Shown piece by piece: positions 49,224 to 61,525 of a DNA stretch of 64,000 bases (the first letter of the stretch is position 1; each line of letters opens with the position of its first letter). The position numbers and the translations under genes were made by a program. The stretch is from contig JAUFOQ010000006.1 in NCBI GenBank assembly GCA_040285855.1, positions 992,001 to 1,056,000 on the forward strand. The letters run 5' to 3'. Under the pieces are notes generated by a model. The model ran no database searches and was not told where the DNA came from. It saw only the letters and a program-made list of their open reading frames with translations. This stretch comes from Eukaryota sp. GEM-RC1. Taxonomy: Eukaryota.

Positions 49224-50924
49224 GTCATTTGAACTGCTTTTCGCACGCAGAGATGCTGAGAATTTGGCAGGGGGGAGTCTAAGGTAGAAGATATGCTAGT
49301 TGGATGAGTTTTTCCAGCGTCAATGAACCAGGATTCTCATTATAATAATACTGGTACTTACCAGCCCAAATTGGAAGTCCTTGGAAACGTTGTTGTTGTT
49401 TAACCTCAGGAAAGTCATCCTGGAACTGCATAGGAGTTAGAAGGAAATAAGGGGTTAATGACAACCGCATAACGTCATTGTGAGGATCATTTATGGACGG
49501 TAAGTATTCAGAGTTTGATCCAGGAACAGTATTCAGTCCATCGGAATTACTGTATGTAACAACAAGAATTCTTTTACCGTATTCCAACGTATTCTTCTTT
49601 TTGATATTCTTTTCTGTTAACCAGCACCTATTATATATTATTAAATACTATTTATTGATGATACAAAAACAACAACTCTTCAATAAGGTTAGGATTCACA
49701 ACAATACGGTCTTTTGGTTCATCTTCAAGAATGTCATAGTCCTCATCTTGAGGTTCAGCAATAGGATGATCAATTTCCCAGGGGATCACAAGAACATTTT
49801 CAAACATCTGCTCCACTCTTCATTGTTGGAATTAAATGTCCGACAAATCACCAAGCATTGCCAGACATGTGTCTAGAACAATTTGTTTTTTAAATGAATA
49901 CTGGCCTTGGTATCGGTGTTGTTTTACAACGATACTGATCAAAATTGTGAAATTAACAAAATAACAGAAATTAAAGTTTGTATTAGGATATAATTAAAAT
50001 GAGAGTAAGTACATGGCTTGACATTGAATTACGATTGCAATAAACAGATTCGTTTTTTGACGGTGTTGGTGCTTCAGGATCAAGACGAAAAAGGTCATAG
50101 ACTGGATGTGGGGAACGGACTATATGATAAAAGAACTACAACACGTGTTTATGTAAGAATACGGTATTCTCGCACGTGTTCTGCCGTACTCCGTACGCAC
50201 ACGCAGGCTTGCCACTTGATAAAAACCGTTTAAAACGATTTGTATTCTTGTCAACGTATTGTATATACTGGATTATATTCTACTTTTCGCAATTAGGTAG
50301 TTCGTTTGATAATTTGTTTTAATTGTGTTTGTTTATTTGTTTTTTTCTTATTATGTGTTTTTCTCCGCACATAAATCCGTTTTTTTTATTCTGGATTGAC
50401 ACAAAAAGCATGACTTTCTACTCCATTTTTGTCTTAATGTGATAGGTGTTATGTCATGTAAGTTGTTTCTGACCAAGAAAAACTGAAACAAGGCAAGAGT
50501 ATTGGTTGGTGATACTACTCCCCTCCCAGTACAGCACGTGCTCTTTGGTTCTGTATCTGAGTGAAACTACCTTCAAGTGCACTCGAACAGTGTTCCTGTT
50601 GCATACACCTTGGTATCTTCCCGTCCTGAACACGTGATCATCGTTAGATGAGCACTGTACTTCATCTCCTTGGTATTATCCTTCCAATCTCAAAAGAACA
50701 TAGCTGTAATGATCGAACTATGAAAGATTTGGGTGATGAAAAGGAAATGAGAAAAAGAAGTGAAAAGTTGAAAAAGTTGATCTGCCCTTTTTATTAAATT
50801 CGAAAAAACGTTTTTATTTTTGAGTAACGTTTCCTACAAGCCTGCGCGCACGTGCGAAATACGTGAGGCAACTGAATAACACGTCCGCATTTCGAACTAT
50901 GGTTACAAACGACCCCCTCCCACT

Positions 50925-51293
50925 TCATTCTATTCCTGTTAATCTGAGCTTATTCTGATTCTTGTTGGATAAGCCGAACCTTCTTTCGTTAATGAAACAG
51001 ACTTTTTTAAGAATATTTTAGAAATTTCGAGAGTACAACTTCGAATTGTAATTACGTTGCCAATGTGCGTTCTAAAATGTACTGGACTTGCCACGTTTAC
51101 ATTAAGTAATCATTTTTACATAAATGCCAAATTGAAATTTGATTTAGGAATATTGAGAAAATGTTAACAAATGACAACAAGGGCGGTTAAACGCAACTCT
51201 TGTTGAGTACTGAACTCGACTTCATTGTGATGTTTGTCTTCCAGAACTTCTAATTTAGTATTTACAAGTTCCTGCAATCTCAAAAAACTCAAT
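50925..51293. repeat. ~370-bp dispersed repeat, inverted copy at ~58325..58690
   Basis: Visible reverse-complement similarity (e.g. GTGCGTTCTAAAATGTACTGGACTTGCCACGTTTACAT). Confidence 0.85.
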
Positions 51294-52075
51294 ACTGTAT
51301 ATATCTTTTGAACAGCCAAGATCGTCCCTTAGCTGTGGATATACTGTCTTTTTAAACGTGACTTTTGTTTTAAAAGGATTAATGGTTGATACACGTGAAA
51401 ATCATGCAAAATTATATAATTCCAGAAAAAACTCTGACTTGTTCTTTGTGAACTGTTTCAGAGTGTGACTACACACAAAATGTTGTTGCTGATTCATCAA
51501 CAAAATTGGAAAACAAAGTGGCAAAGAAAAAAGGAGCTAATACCCTTATATGGACATAGAATCCTGTCATCATGTTCTTTTGACTCATATTACTGCAAGT
51601 AAGTTATGAGTTACTGTACATGTATTGTTTTATTAGAGACTCTTTGTATTGGTCATATTGGCAATGTATTGCTAATCACAATCAGTCGACCAATCAATAT
51701 TGGATTATCAATTCTATATTGACCATCCCTGGTAATAGTACTCGACTAATTCTGAAACAATTGAGCAGGAAACAATCCTACATTGAAGCCAAAAGATACA
51801 TATTATGCTCTCACAACATCAGAATACATTTAGTAATTTCGACTTACAATACTTTAATACAGAAAATGGTGTCTTAAAATTACTCAGTTTGACTAATTGG
51901 AAAACAAAAAAGAAGATAAGCTGAAGAAATGTGTTGAAGTTCAAAACGGATACATATATGCTATAATAATCCTTTTGTTTGATTCCAACTGTCATGCTCA
52001 TGTCTTGGATTCGTCCAAGTCGTTGTTGAAAACGAAGTTGGATTCGTTGTGTCCAAATTTCGGGATTCATTTCTA

Positions 52076-53901
52076 ATGCTTCATCTAAACTGTTCGATCT
52101 GTGAAACTATCTACAAAGATACTTGTACACTGCCCTGTGGTCACTGTTTTTGTCTTCCATGTATTACAGAATGGCTCAACTTAAACCAAAACTGTCCAAA
52201 TTGTCGTAGAGCCGCCTGTCTCAACGATGTGATTGCTTGCTACGCTCTTCGAGAAGCTGTGGAGGTTATTGCTAAAAACCCCGCATCGTTGCCTGAAATT
52301 TCATCCAAAGACATCAGTTTTGATCTTCATAATGAATTGGGTAATGGATCAGCGGAACTGTTTATCTTTGTGAATGGGCTGGCTCCTCTGTTGCTCTAAA
52401 ACTAGTCCGCAAAACTGACCAGAGCGAAGCAAAACTCTTACAGGAAGTCTCCCACATGGCCTCTCTGTCCCATCCTTTTGTCCTTCGAGTGTTTGGTATA
52501 ACCAGACTTCCGAAGCACATTGGTATCTTGATGGAACTTGGTTCTGGACATTTACAAGTTCCAACATCTCTTTCTCCCACCACCCTTGCTCAAGCTATTG
52601 ATGTATGTACCGCTGTCCAGCATTTACATTCAAAAGGTTTAGTTCATCACGACATAAAACCCCAGAATATAGTTTGGGTGAATTCTCAGGTTAAGCTCGC
52701 TGATTTTGGTTCTTCTCGATCTGTTGACAACTACACTTCTACACTTCAGATCACCCCTAAATACACTCCTCCGGAAGCTTTTGACAAGATTTATAGCCCA
52801 GCTTTTGATGTTTATAGCTTGGGAATATTGTTTTATGAAATGTTTGCCAATAGACTTGCTTTTGAACATATGGGTGTTCTTCAAGTAGTTATGGCTAAAC
52901 AAAAAAAACATTCATTTAGTTTCCCTGATGGTTTTCCTAAGTCAATTTCATCTTTGATTAACAAATGTCTTTCAGTTAATCCTAGTGAAAGACCTTCTAT
53001 TAAAGATGTACTGAAAGAACTAAATGAGATTAATCGTGTTGAATCATCAATACCGCCCATCCAACCTGTTCAACTGACGGTTTTCTTCAAAATTTCCAAA
53101 CAGACCTTAACACTGAAATTACGCCAAGATGAAACTATTGAAGCAATTAAGGAAATGCTCTACCAAAGAGAACACTCCCTTTCTCCTTCCAGACTCATTT
53201 GGACTGGAAAGGTATTGGAAGATGAACGCAGTCTGCAGGACTACGGTATTCAAAATAACTCCACAATATATGTACAACCTCTTCTGTGTATCTCTCAGTT
53301 GCTAACGGTGTTAACGGAAACTGGGAGCAGAATAGAATTGTGTTTGGGAGAATTTGGAGACACAGTTGCACATATTAAGGATAAGATACATGAGAAGAAA
53401 GGAATTCCTGTCTCGACTCAATGCATTAAAGACGGTGATGGTGTTATCCTCGGTGATCACGTGTTCATCAATCCTTCCGAAGCCTATACCCGTGGTGGGA
53501 AGTTTGTAGACGTATTTGACAAGACACTCATCCAGGATTACCGTCATACTGATGTACTTCATCTGGGTGTTCTGCTTCCCAAGGTTCAACAGCGATCTCG
53601 TGGGATTCCAAGTAATGCGGATCTATCACCTTATCATTCACTACCTGTTCAAGTCGTGCCTTTTCAGTTCCAGTTTTACACTCCTGACAGTAGTGCAATT
53701 TGTTTAGCGGGTTCATTCTCAGCTTGGCATGTGATACCAATGGTGTATGATGATCATGATCACTGCCATAGGCTTGTACTTAACATTCTTACAGGTGAAT
53801 CTCATCGATTCAAGTTCACTGATGGGAAGCAATGGTTCCTTGGGAAATATGACACAGCTACGGATGAACATGGCAACACAGTCAATATCTTAACTTTGTG
53901 A
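52076..53901 (+). CDS. RING (C3HC4)-protein kinase-ubiquitin-like(x2)-CBM48 multidomain protein (frameshift near 52352)
   Basis: CSIC..LPCGHCFC..C..CPNCR; VALK, HHDIKPQN, LADFG, DVYSLG; RLIWTGKVLEDERSLQDYGIQNNST; DTVAHIKDKIHEKKGIP; LAGSFSAW...RFKF..G.W...DEHGNTVN. Confidence 0.85.
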
Positions 53902-54940
53902 GCAATATTTTTTAGAGTACTTAAAATGACTTCAGATAACTTTGTTATTGGTATTTTGTTATATATAATTTCTCAAACGAATGATAAAAAGACATGAAGG
54001 CATCAACCAGTTCAAGGCGTTCTGATATATAAACAATGAAGCATATGTAACTGTCAATATATCGAGATCACTTGGTTGATTGGATTTTTGTATTTCTAGA
54101 AACATTCTACTAGTACTGTGTCATATAAACAGATCCTACTACAGGTACATGTCTACAAATATCTTCAAAAATAATTACATTTGGCAAATAAACTGACAAT
54201 TGTGGAAAAAAGACACCATAATTATTATTTGAAGTGTCCGGAGTATCGAGAACCGATCAGTAAATTGATTATCTCAAAGGTGATTCAACTGGTTCAACTT
54301 TGGAGTGAAAGCCATGTGGTTTAAACATGGAATAACAAGAATCACGTATACCAAAACGAACATGAATAACTGAACGTAGTAAAATTAAAAACGACAATTA
54401 GCTATATGACAAAAACCCCATTAACTGGACAAGAGCAAGTTGAAAAGTTTAAGAAATTTACAGGCCAAATAGCCAATCGAATATGCATTTTGATCATCCA
54501 GGCTCCATCAGACAAATACAATCAAAACACCTGTGGAATTTGAAAAATAAATCCAGAAGGTACACTATTACAAAGGTCAATTAAAAAGCAGCGAACTTGG
54601 GACTATTAGTTTTAGCAAAGCTAATACGATTAAAGTCTAAGAGTTCAAACTCATTAGTCAATATATTTTGTAGTTTACATACAAGAGATGGTGGAGATGA
54701 ATTATTTCTTGAAGGAGTCTCCTTTAAGTGAGCAGGTAACACAGATTCCCACATTTCGGGAGAAAAAAAAGTTCGGGTCATGTCAATATCAAATTGAACA
54801 ACCACAGTGTTGTTCAATTACTGGGTTCATGTCTCAGGAATTCCGACAATTACGACTACTGCAGTAACTCCTGACTTTACTAGAGGTATGTGAAACAGCG
54901 ATCTTCAAATCGTACACGAGTGTTTAGTATCAATAAAAAG

Positions 54941-57636
54941 TGTCACGTAAAGTACACGATTGTGTCACAGTGACAAACCTTCAATCCGAGAAACTGATCT
55001 AATGTTGTTCTAAACAAGCACAGCTACGTTTCAAATCAGGATCTTGACGTCTTCTTGGAAAACAAATAATCAGGGGTGGGAAAAAATGTATTGGCAATCC
55101 AATATTTCCAATATATTGCAAACAATAGACCATTGGTGATCTAGGTTGTGTATTGTACTGGTTCATATTGTTTTAATGGTTATATTGCACTAAATTGTTA
55201 GTATTGTTTTCATATTGATTTCACACGGAAAAATATTTTTCTTTATCTTTTCCGTCTTTTCTCATCTACTGCTACTATAAGAAAGCCCTAAAATATGGAT
55301 TTGATACTGTTTTTTCGTGAACACTGCTTTGGGAAAAGAGAATATTAGCAGTTATGATAACCTCAATTTATTTCCAGATACTTCAGTGGAAGTAGAGCGT
55401 TTCTCCTGCATAAAAAGAGGTCGTTTAGGATTGCAGTTTGTAATTGCACTACAAAATCAAACTTTGGGACTTCCAGATTGTCTGCGCAATTTGTGATCAC
55501 CATTGGTGTGCATCAAATGAAGAAACTAGTGATGATGAGTAAGTTTGTTATTACTACTAGTAGTAGTACCTTTGAATAATTAAACCATACAATAACGTCA
55601 TTTGTTGTTTCAAAATAATTACATGTACATCACACTACATGTAGAATGTTTCAAATATCTCTCATCAATCTTGTCATGTCTCTACAAATTCTGCAACATC
55701 AAGGCCAAGAACGTATTTCCTGAAGTCTTGATCATGCCTTTTGTTGATGACAATGTCACTTCTTTCTCCGATGATTGCTTCTATTCTGTTCTCTCCATCG
55801 CATCAACCGTTCTGGACTCAATGCTCGATAGTACTCTCCAGTATTTTGGTTCCGAACCCAAAGTTTCCTTGTCAGTTTGGATTAAGACATTGCTGTCCAA
55901 AAGCCAGAGTACCTTAGAATATGCTTTTCTTGCACTTTTTCTACCTCAACAAACTCCAGAAGTTCTATCCCCATCTTCGATTCACTGAATTCTATATTCG
56001 TCGTTTGTATCTGGTTGCTTTCATGCTATATATATTTGAACTGAAGTCTGCTAACTGTTGCTTCATCCTTCAATCTCTTTCATGTACAGCTGCAGACTTC
56101 AATGTCTCTTTCTTTACTGAACATTCAGTTGATGTTGTCTATTCACAATCTTTTGATTCATTTTCCCAAGTCTTTTGGGATGATGACTCTGCTTCGAAAT
56201 GTTCTTCTGAATCTATGTATACACATTACTACTTAAATTCAGGGACTTTCTCTTTCACTATCACTATCTACTCCTCCAACGACCAGTCTTCTTGTCGTCT
56301 CAATCTAGACCAAAGCATTGGCTCCTTCAACACTCGTACTAATACTCTTCTTGATTCCTTTTCTTGCTACGACTCCACTCTTCTAAACCTCTCGTCAGGA
56401 TCCCTTCTTTTTGAACTCAAAGATTTCTCTCCTCCGTCTACGCTCACCCAGGAGAATCTCTTCAAGTCACATCCTCTTTGAACATTGTCACTTCCCCTTC
56501 CCCTTACAATGCTTCCACCAACAGCTGGTTCCTCTCCATTGATCCTATTCCTTACCCCACCATGAACCACTTCACAAATGACCAGAGACTTCATGGTAAT
56601 ATTCTTAGAGTGATTGGTTTAATTCGATAATTCTCAATCACAGTATTTTCTACTGGTATTAAGTATCATAAGTGTGTCATTAGGGATCTTTTGATTGAGG
56701 GTTTGATTGATGGTGATTATGTTGATTACGATTTCGATTCTCTTGGTGATGTTGTTGATTCTGGACAGTTTTTTGGAACTCAATCGGAAACAATCTGTTC
56801 TGATTGCAACCAATTGATTGTTTGAGCTACTTTGATGATGGTAGAAGCTCTAAATTCCCTGATATCCCACTGTTTCTGGTGAAATTCATCAAAAATCACC
56901 AATTATTGATGTTTCGAGAGTTTAAACAGGTCAAAATTTTGATGTGATTGATGACGTTACTTCACTCTGCAGTTCGTTTACCTAACTCCAATGTAAAAAT
57001 ATGACAATTTTGAAATATGTCGATTGGTATTCCTCTTTTTCATTAATCCTGGTGATAATTTAGAATTTTTCAATTTCATCTTTGATGAACCGTGGGAAAT
57101 CACTGTTGATGTTGTTGATGATGATGATGTTTCTTTTACTTTTCTTTAATTCTCTCACTTCAGGAAGCAATTTCTTGGATTTCGATTCTAACCCATTTCA
57201 ATTGATTATTTTACTTTTATTAAACATTTGATAAATTTGTAATTGTAAAATTTTGTAGAAAGTCGTTACACTTTCAGACCAGAGAGTTTGTTTTGATCAA
57301 CTTTCCCTCCAGTTCAAGAAGCTCTTAGACATTATAGGGTTTGAGAATATGATCCTTGATTTTTACTAAAAAACGTGTCGAACACAACAATTTTTAAATT
57401 GTGTGAATACATTTCTGTTCTTTCCCAAAAATAAACCATAATACTGCATGACTTGACTTAACGAGTCTCCTTTGCCTTGATCAAGTTTTACTTCTGCAGC
57501 GAAGACTAGAGCATGGCTGGAAATTACAACTAAGTCAAATGTTTTGGATTGTCCAGCATCAGTATTATCGAAGTTATCGGTTAAGATTGACTCAAGAAGT
57601 TCTTGTCATTGTTATTGCTTAAGTTTAACAACATCG
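54941..57636 (+). repeat. Dispersed repeat family, copy C
   Basis: Colinear with 45729..49223, with an internal deletion and lacking the 46422 insertion. Confidence 0.9.
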
Positions 57637-60023
57637 CAGAGAATGTAGATTGATATTTATACAGTACATCTAAGACTTGAATTTTTCCACAATTTGGACA
57701 TTCAGTATTGACACAGCATTTGAATAGACTGTCAGTATAAGAGTGATTCAATGGAAAAGGCTGGCGACCACCAACATCACGTGATCTGATTGAGGATTCA
57801 GATCAGCAACTAAATCTCGTTGGACGTTAACGTCGATATTGTTTTCTTGAATCACAGTCTTTTGAGTGATACAATTCTGCTTTACCAGATCTTGATTTTT
57901 GGATCGCAACTAATACTTCCTGAGATCTTATGAGTGAATCAATCCAGTAATTTGAAGTAGTACTTGAAGTGTTTAAATATTCTTCAAGAAACCTCCTTTC
58001 GTGCATTTGATTGGTTCAGGTAGTATTCCTTTCATTGTGGTAATCTTGCAAACAGATTTGTTTCCCCGCATCCGTATACAGTTCTTAAGGGATTAACGAT
58101 TTTTTCAGTGGTTAATGAGTAATCCAAAGAATCATAAATATTGAATAATAATACATTTGCTTCATTTAGAAACAATTCAATTAGAATTCAATGATCAGTT
58201 TCTTCATGGCCAATCATGTCTTGGTACCAATTTACACTGGTGCAAGAATTCTTATTCCTGGTTTTAGCATATCGACAATAGCCTTACCAGAATGTAGTAC
58301 ATGGAAAATTGGATCACTTAATAATTGTTGAGTTTCTTGAGATTGCAGGAACTTGTACCTACTAGATTTAAAGTTCTGGAAGGCAAACATCACAATGAAG
58401 TCGAGTTTAGTACTCCACAAGAGTTGCGTTTTGCCGTCCTTGTTGTCATTTGTTAACATTTTCTCAATATCACTAAATCAAAATTCAATTTGGTATTCAT
58501 GTAAAAATGATTACTTCATGTAAACGTGGCAAGTCCAGTACATTTTAGAACGCACATGGGCAACGTAATTACAATTCGAAATTGTACTCTCGAAATTTCT
58601 AAAACATTAAAAGCCTGTTTTATTAACGAAAGAAGGTTGAGCTTATCCAACAAGAATCAGAATATGCTCAGATGAACAGTAATAGAATGTAGTGGTATAG
58701 TGGTTTGTTGAACTATGATGGAATTGATATGGGAGAACTTGTAGAAGGAAGTAGATGAATGAACTTCATCAGTGTCTTCATAGGGTTCAACTACTAGTCA
58801 TACACATTATGGTAGTCAGGACGGTAATTAAAAGAGGATGGGAAACGTCCAAGGTCATACATCTGCATAATTTAAACAGTATGAACCAATCGTATCAAAA
58901 ATATAAACATTAGACTTTATTTACTATCTCTAATAAATGTAGAAAGATCTACTCAATTAAAACAAAACTTTTTACCATAGAATGCGAATTGCAATGGAAT
59001 GTTTCTCAACAGTTGAGTCATTTTTAATTAGTCTCATGTCTACAATTGATTTTGTCCTCGGAAAAATCAAAATTATTGGGTATTCACTCATATATTTGGG
59101 GTTTCGAATCAGCTGTGTGTACATTATGAATCAAAACAATTGATGTGTCAATTTTGTGCTGTGATTGTTTTAATTTTGGTAATCGAAGATGTAGCGCTAG
59201 TGTTACGCTTTAATCGTAAATTTATTGTTGTAGATGTACTATGTCTAACTAATTAAGAACATAATTTCTAAAAACTCAATTAAGACATATAATGACGCAA
59301 AGGTAACAACAGTACCTTAAGTAACATTTGATTAATACCACAACAAATTTGAATAATTTGAATTAAGAAATCCCACACCAGACAGTAATTGTCTTCGCAA
59401 ATTGAGGCCACTAAGAAATTTTATTTTTTGGCTCTTACCAGTACTGGTAGAAATTAAATATTTCGTTGTAATAGTACCCGACTTGATTTGATTTCTTATA
59501 GTGTTGCCCTTGCAGCACAGCAAAGTTTTGAAAGTTATTACTTTTGGTACAGGACACAGTGATGTGAATTGGTCAGCAATACAATTGGTTGTTCCAGTCA
59601 TATGTAACAAGTTTTACTATTTATGATTTTTGGATACAATGTATTCCATATTTAGTATTTTATGTGATTCCAAAGTTGTAGTGCAGTGAGTACAGCTAAG
59701 ACAGGGTTTAGTTTAAATCTTAAACAAATCAACAAAAATGAAAATCAGAACTTTGAAAATCAATCATCATTTCATTTATGATTGGTGAATATATATTCGG
59801 TGATGATTGAAGATCTGGAATAACGTTTGTGAACAACCATCTGGAATGTGGTAATACTCAGAGCAAACGATGTAAAATTCAAAGTTATTAAAATATTCTG
59901 AATTGAAGTGTTCTGTACTAAAAAGCCAACAAGCAACAACATTTTTTATAAATTGTTTTAATTATAATTTGAGTAGAATACAGATACATATACACAAAGA
60001 AAACTAGACAAAAATTTAGAAAT

Positions 60024-61220
60024 TTAATTAAAAGTAACTACAGTGGGCTTGAACACAGTGTTTCCGTGGTCGACCACACTCAAACCAAGTTGATTTTGGG
60101 CATTGTACCCAAAACCATACAAAACACCACTCTCTGACAATGCTAACGTATGATAAGGACCCGCTTCAATCTCCTTAATAGGTTCTGGAAGGTCAATTTC
60201 AATCAACTCAAGGGATCGTGTAATTATAAGTATACCAAGTTGTCCAGATATGTAAGAACCGCAGACGAAGACTCTGCCATCTTTTAAAAGAATTACCGAG
60301 TGATCATAGCCACACTTGATGGATTTAATTGTTGTTGAAAAGTCAAAATCCACAGGGGTGACTTCGCACACGGCTCGATTACATTCAAACCCCAGTTGTC
60401 CACAATCATTGGACCCCCACCCTAACAAACTTCCTGTTTGGGTGACGGCCATGCAGTGGGCATAGCCAGAAGCTATGAGCTTTACATTGGAGAGAATCCT
60501 TCGTACGGGATCAACACAATGAACGACCCGTCCAAACTCATCGGGGTCTCTCTGGTCTCCAACCTTGCAATCGAGGCATTGACCAAAAAGATTTGACCCA
60601 GAGACATATACATCACCCTGATAGGTTAGAAAGAGGTGGTGGTAATCACCAGCAGCAATTGCCTTCACTTTAAAAGGTAAATCAACGAGTTTAGGTGATT
60701 TCACGACTTGGGTTGGAGGTAAACCCATTCCAAGTAGGGAGAGCTTGTTACCTCCATAGACAAAGACATTTCCTTCCTCATTCAGTAAAAGAACTGAATC
60801 AATGCTGCTTGCAGTTTCGACAACTCCAGACACTTCTCTGATTAGAGTTGGTGACTTTGGATGTAGGTGATACTTGTCTTTAAATCCCCATACCCAGGCT
60901 CTCATTAAGGAATCGATAAATATTGTGCTGTCACTATAACTCTGAACAGACGTTATACTAACAGGTTCTGGAAGGGTGAAGAGAGTTGATGGACTTTCAG
61001 CATCTGCTTTGTAAGCATCGTTTGAATGTCCAGGGATCGCACCTAGACCATAAGTGTGGTTGCTCAAAAACCAAGAGAAGTGGTACCCGGCAGCCAAGTG
61101 GCGAGTAGGATTGCATTTCAAGGTTGGAACAAGAATAGCAGAGTCAGAGTCAAGAGGTGGGGGTGATAGGTTGGAAGATGGCGGATACAATGGTGTTTGT
61201 GATTTCAGGAGAAACAACAT
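60024..61220 (-). CDS. RCC1/BLIP-II repeat protein
   Basis: IAAGDYHHLFL..G.VY.SGSN..GQ, IASGYAH, IKCGYDH, IEAGPYHTLAL..G.N..NQLG. Confidence 0.9.
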   Translation of the reverse strand: MLFLLKSQTPLYPPSSNLSPPPLDSDSAILVPTLKCNPTRHLAAGYHFSWFLSNHTYGLGAIPGHSNDAYKADAESPSTLFTLPEPVSITSVQSYSDSTIFIDSLMRAWVWGFKDKYHLHPKSPTLIREVSGVVETASSIDSVLLLNEEGNVFVYGGNKLSLLGMGLPPTQVVKSPKLVDLPFKVKAIAAGDYHHLFLTYQGDVYVSGSNLFGQCLDCKVGDQRDPDEFGRVVHCVDPVRRILSNVKLIASGYAHCMAVTQTGSLLGWGSNDCGQLGFECNRAVCEVTPVDFDFSTTIKSIKCGYDHSVILLKDGRVFVCGSYISGQLGILIITRSLELIEIDLPEPIKEIEAGPYHTLALSESGVLYGFGYNAQNQLGLSVVDHGNTVFKPTVVTFN

Positions 61221-61525
61221 GCTGTTGCTCTTCCTCTTCTTGTACACGTTGTTTTCTCGGACTTAAAAAGCTAAGAAAACTAGATAGACGTTTCATGATG
61301 TGAAATAATTAGGGATGGTTCGGTTCAGTATTGGTGTGAACTGTTGAATCAGATCATGGTTCAGTCTAGGTTCAGTTTAATAAATAGGGCCTTTCACAAA
61401 AATACCAGTGACAACATTTTTATTTTTCAAAACTACCATACCCACATCAAATATACCAGTGAAGAATAAACCTTCCTTCTAAGCTTCTTTATTATGACTT
61501 TTGCTGACATATCTAAGATAATAAA

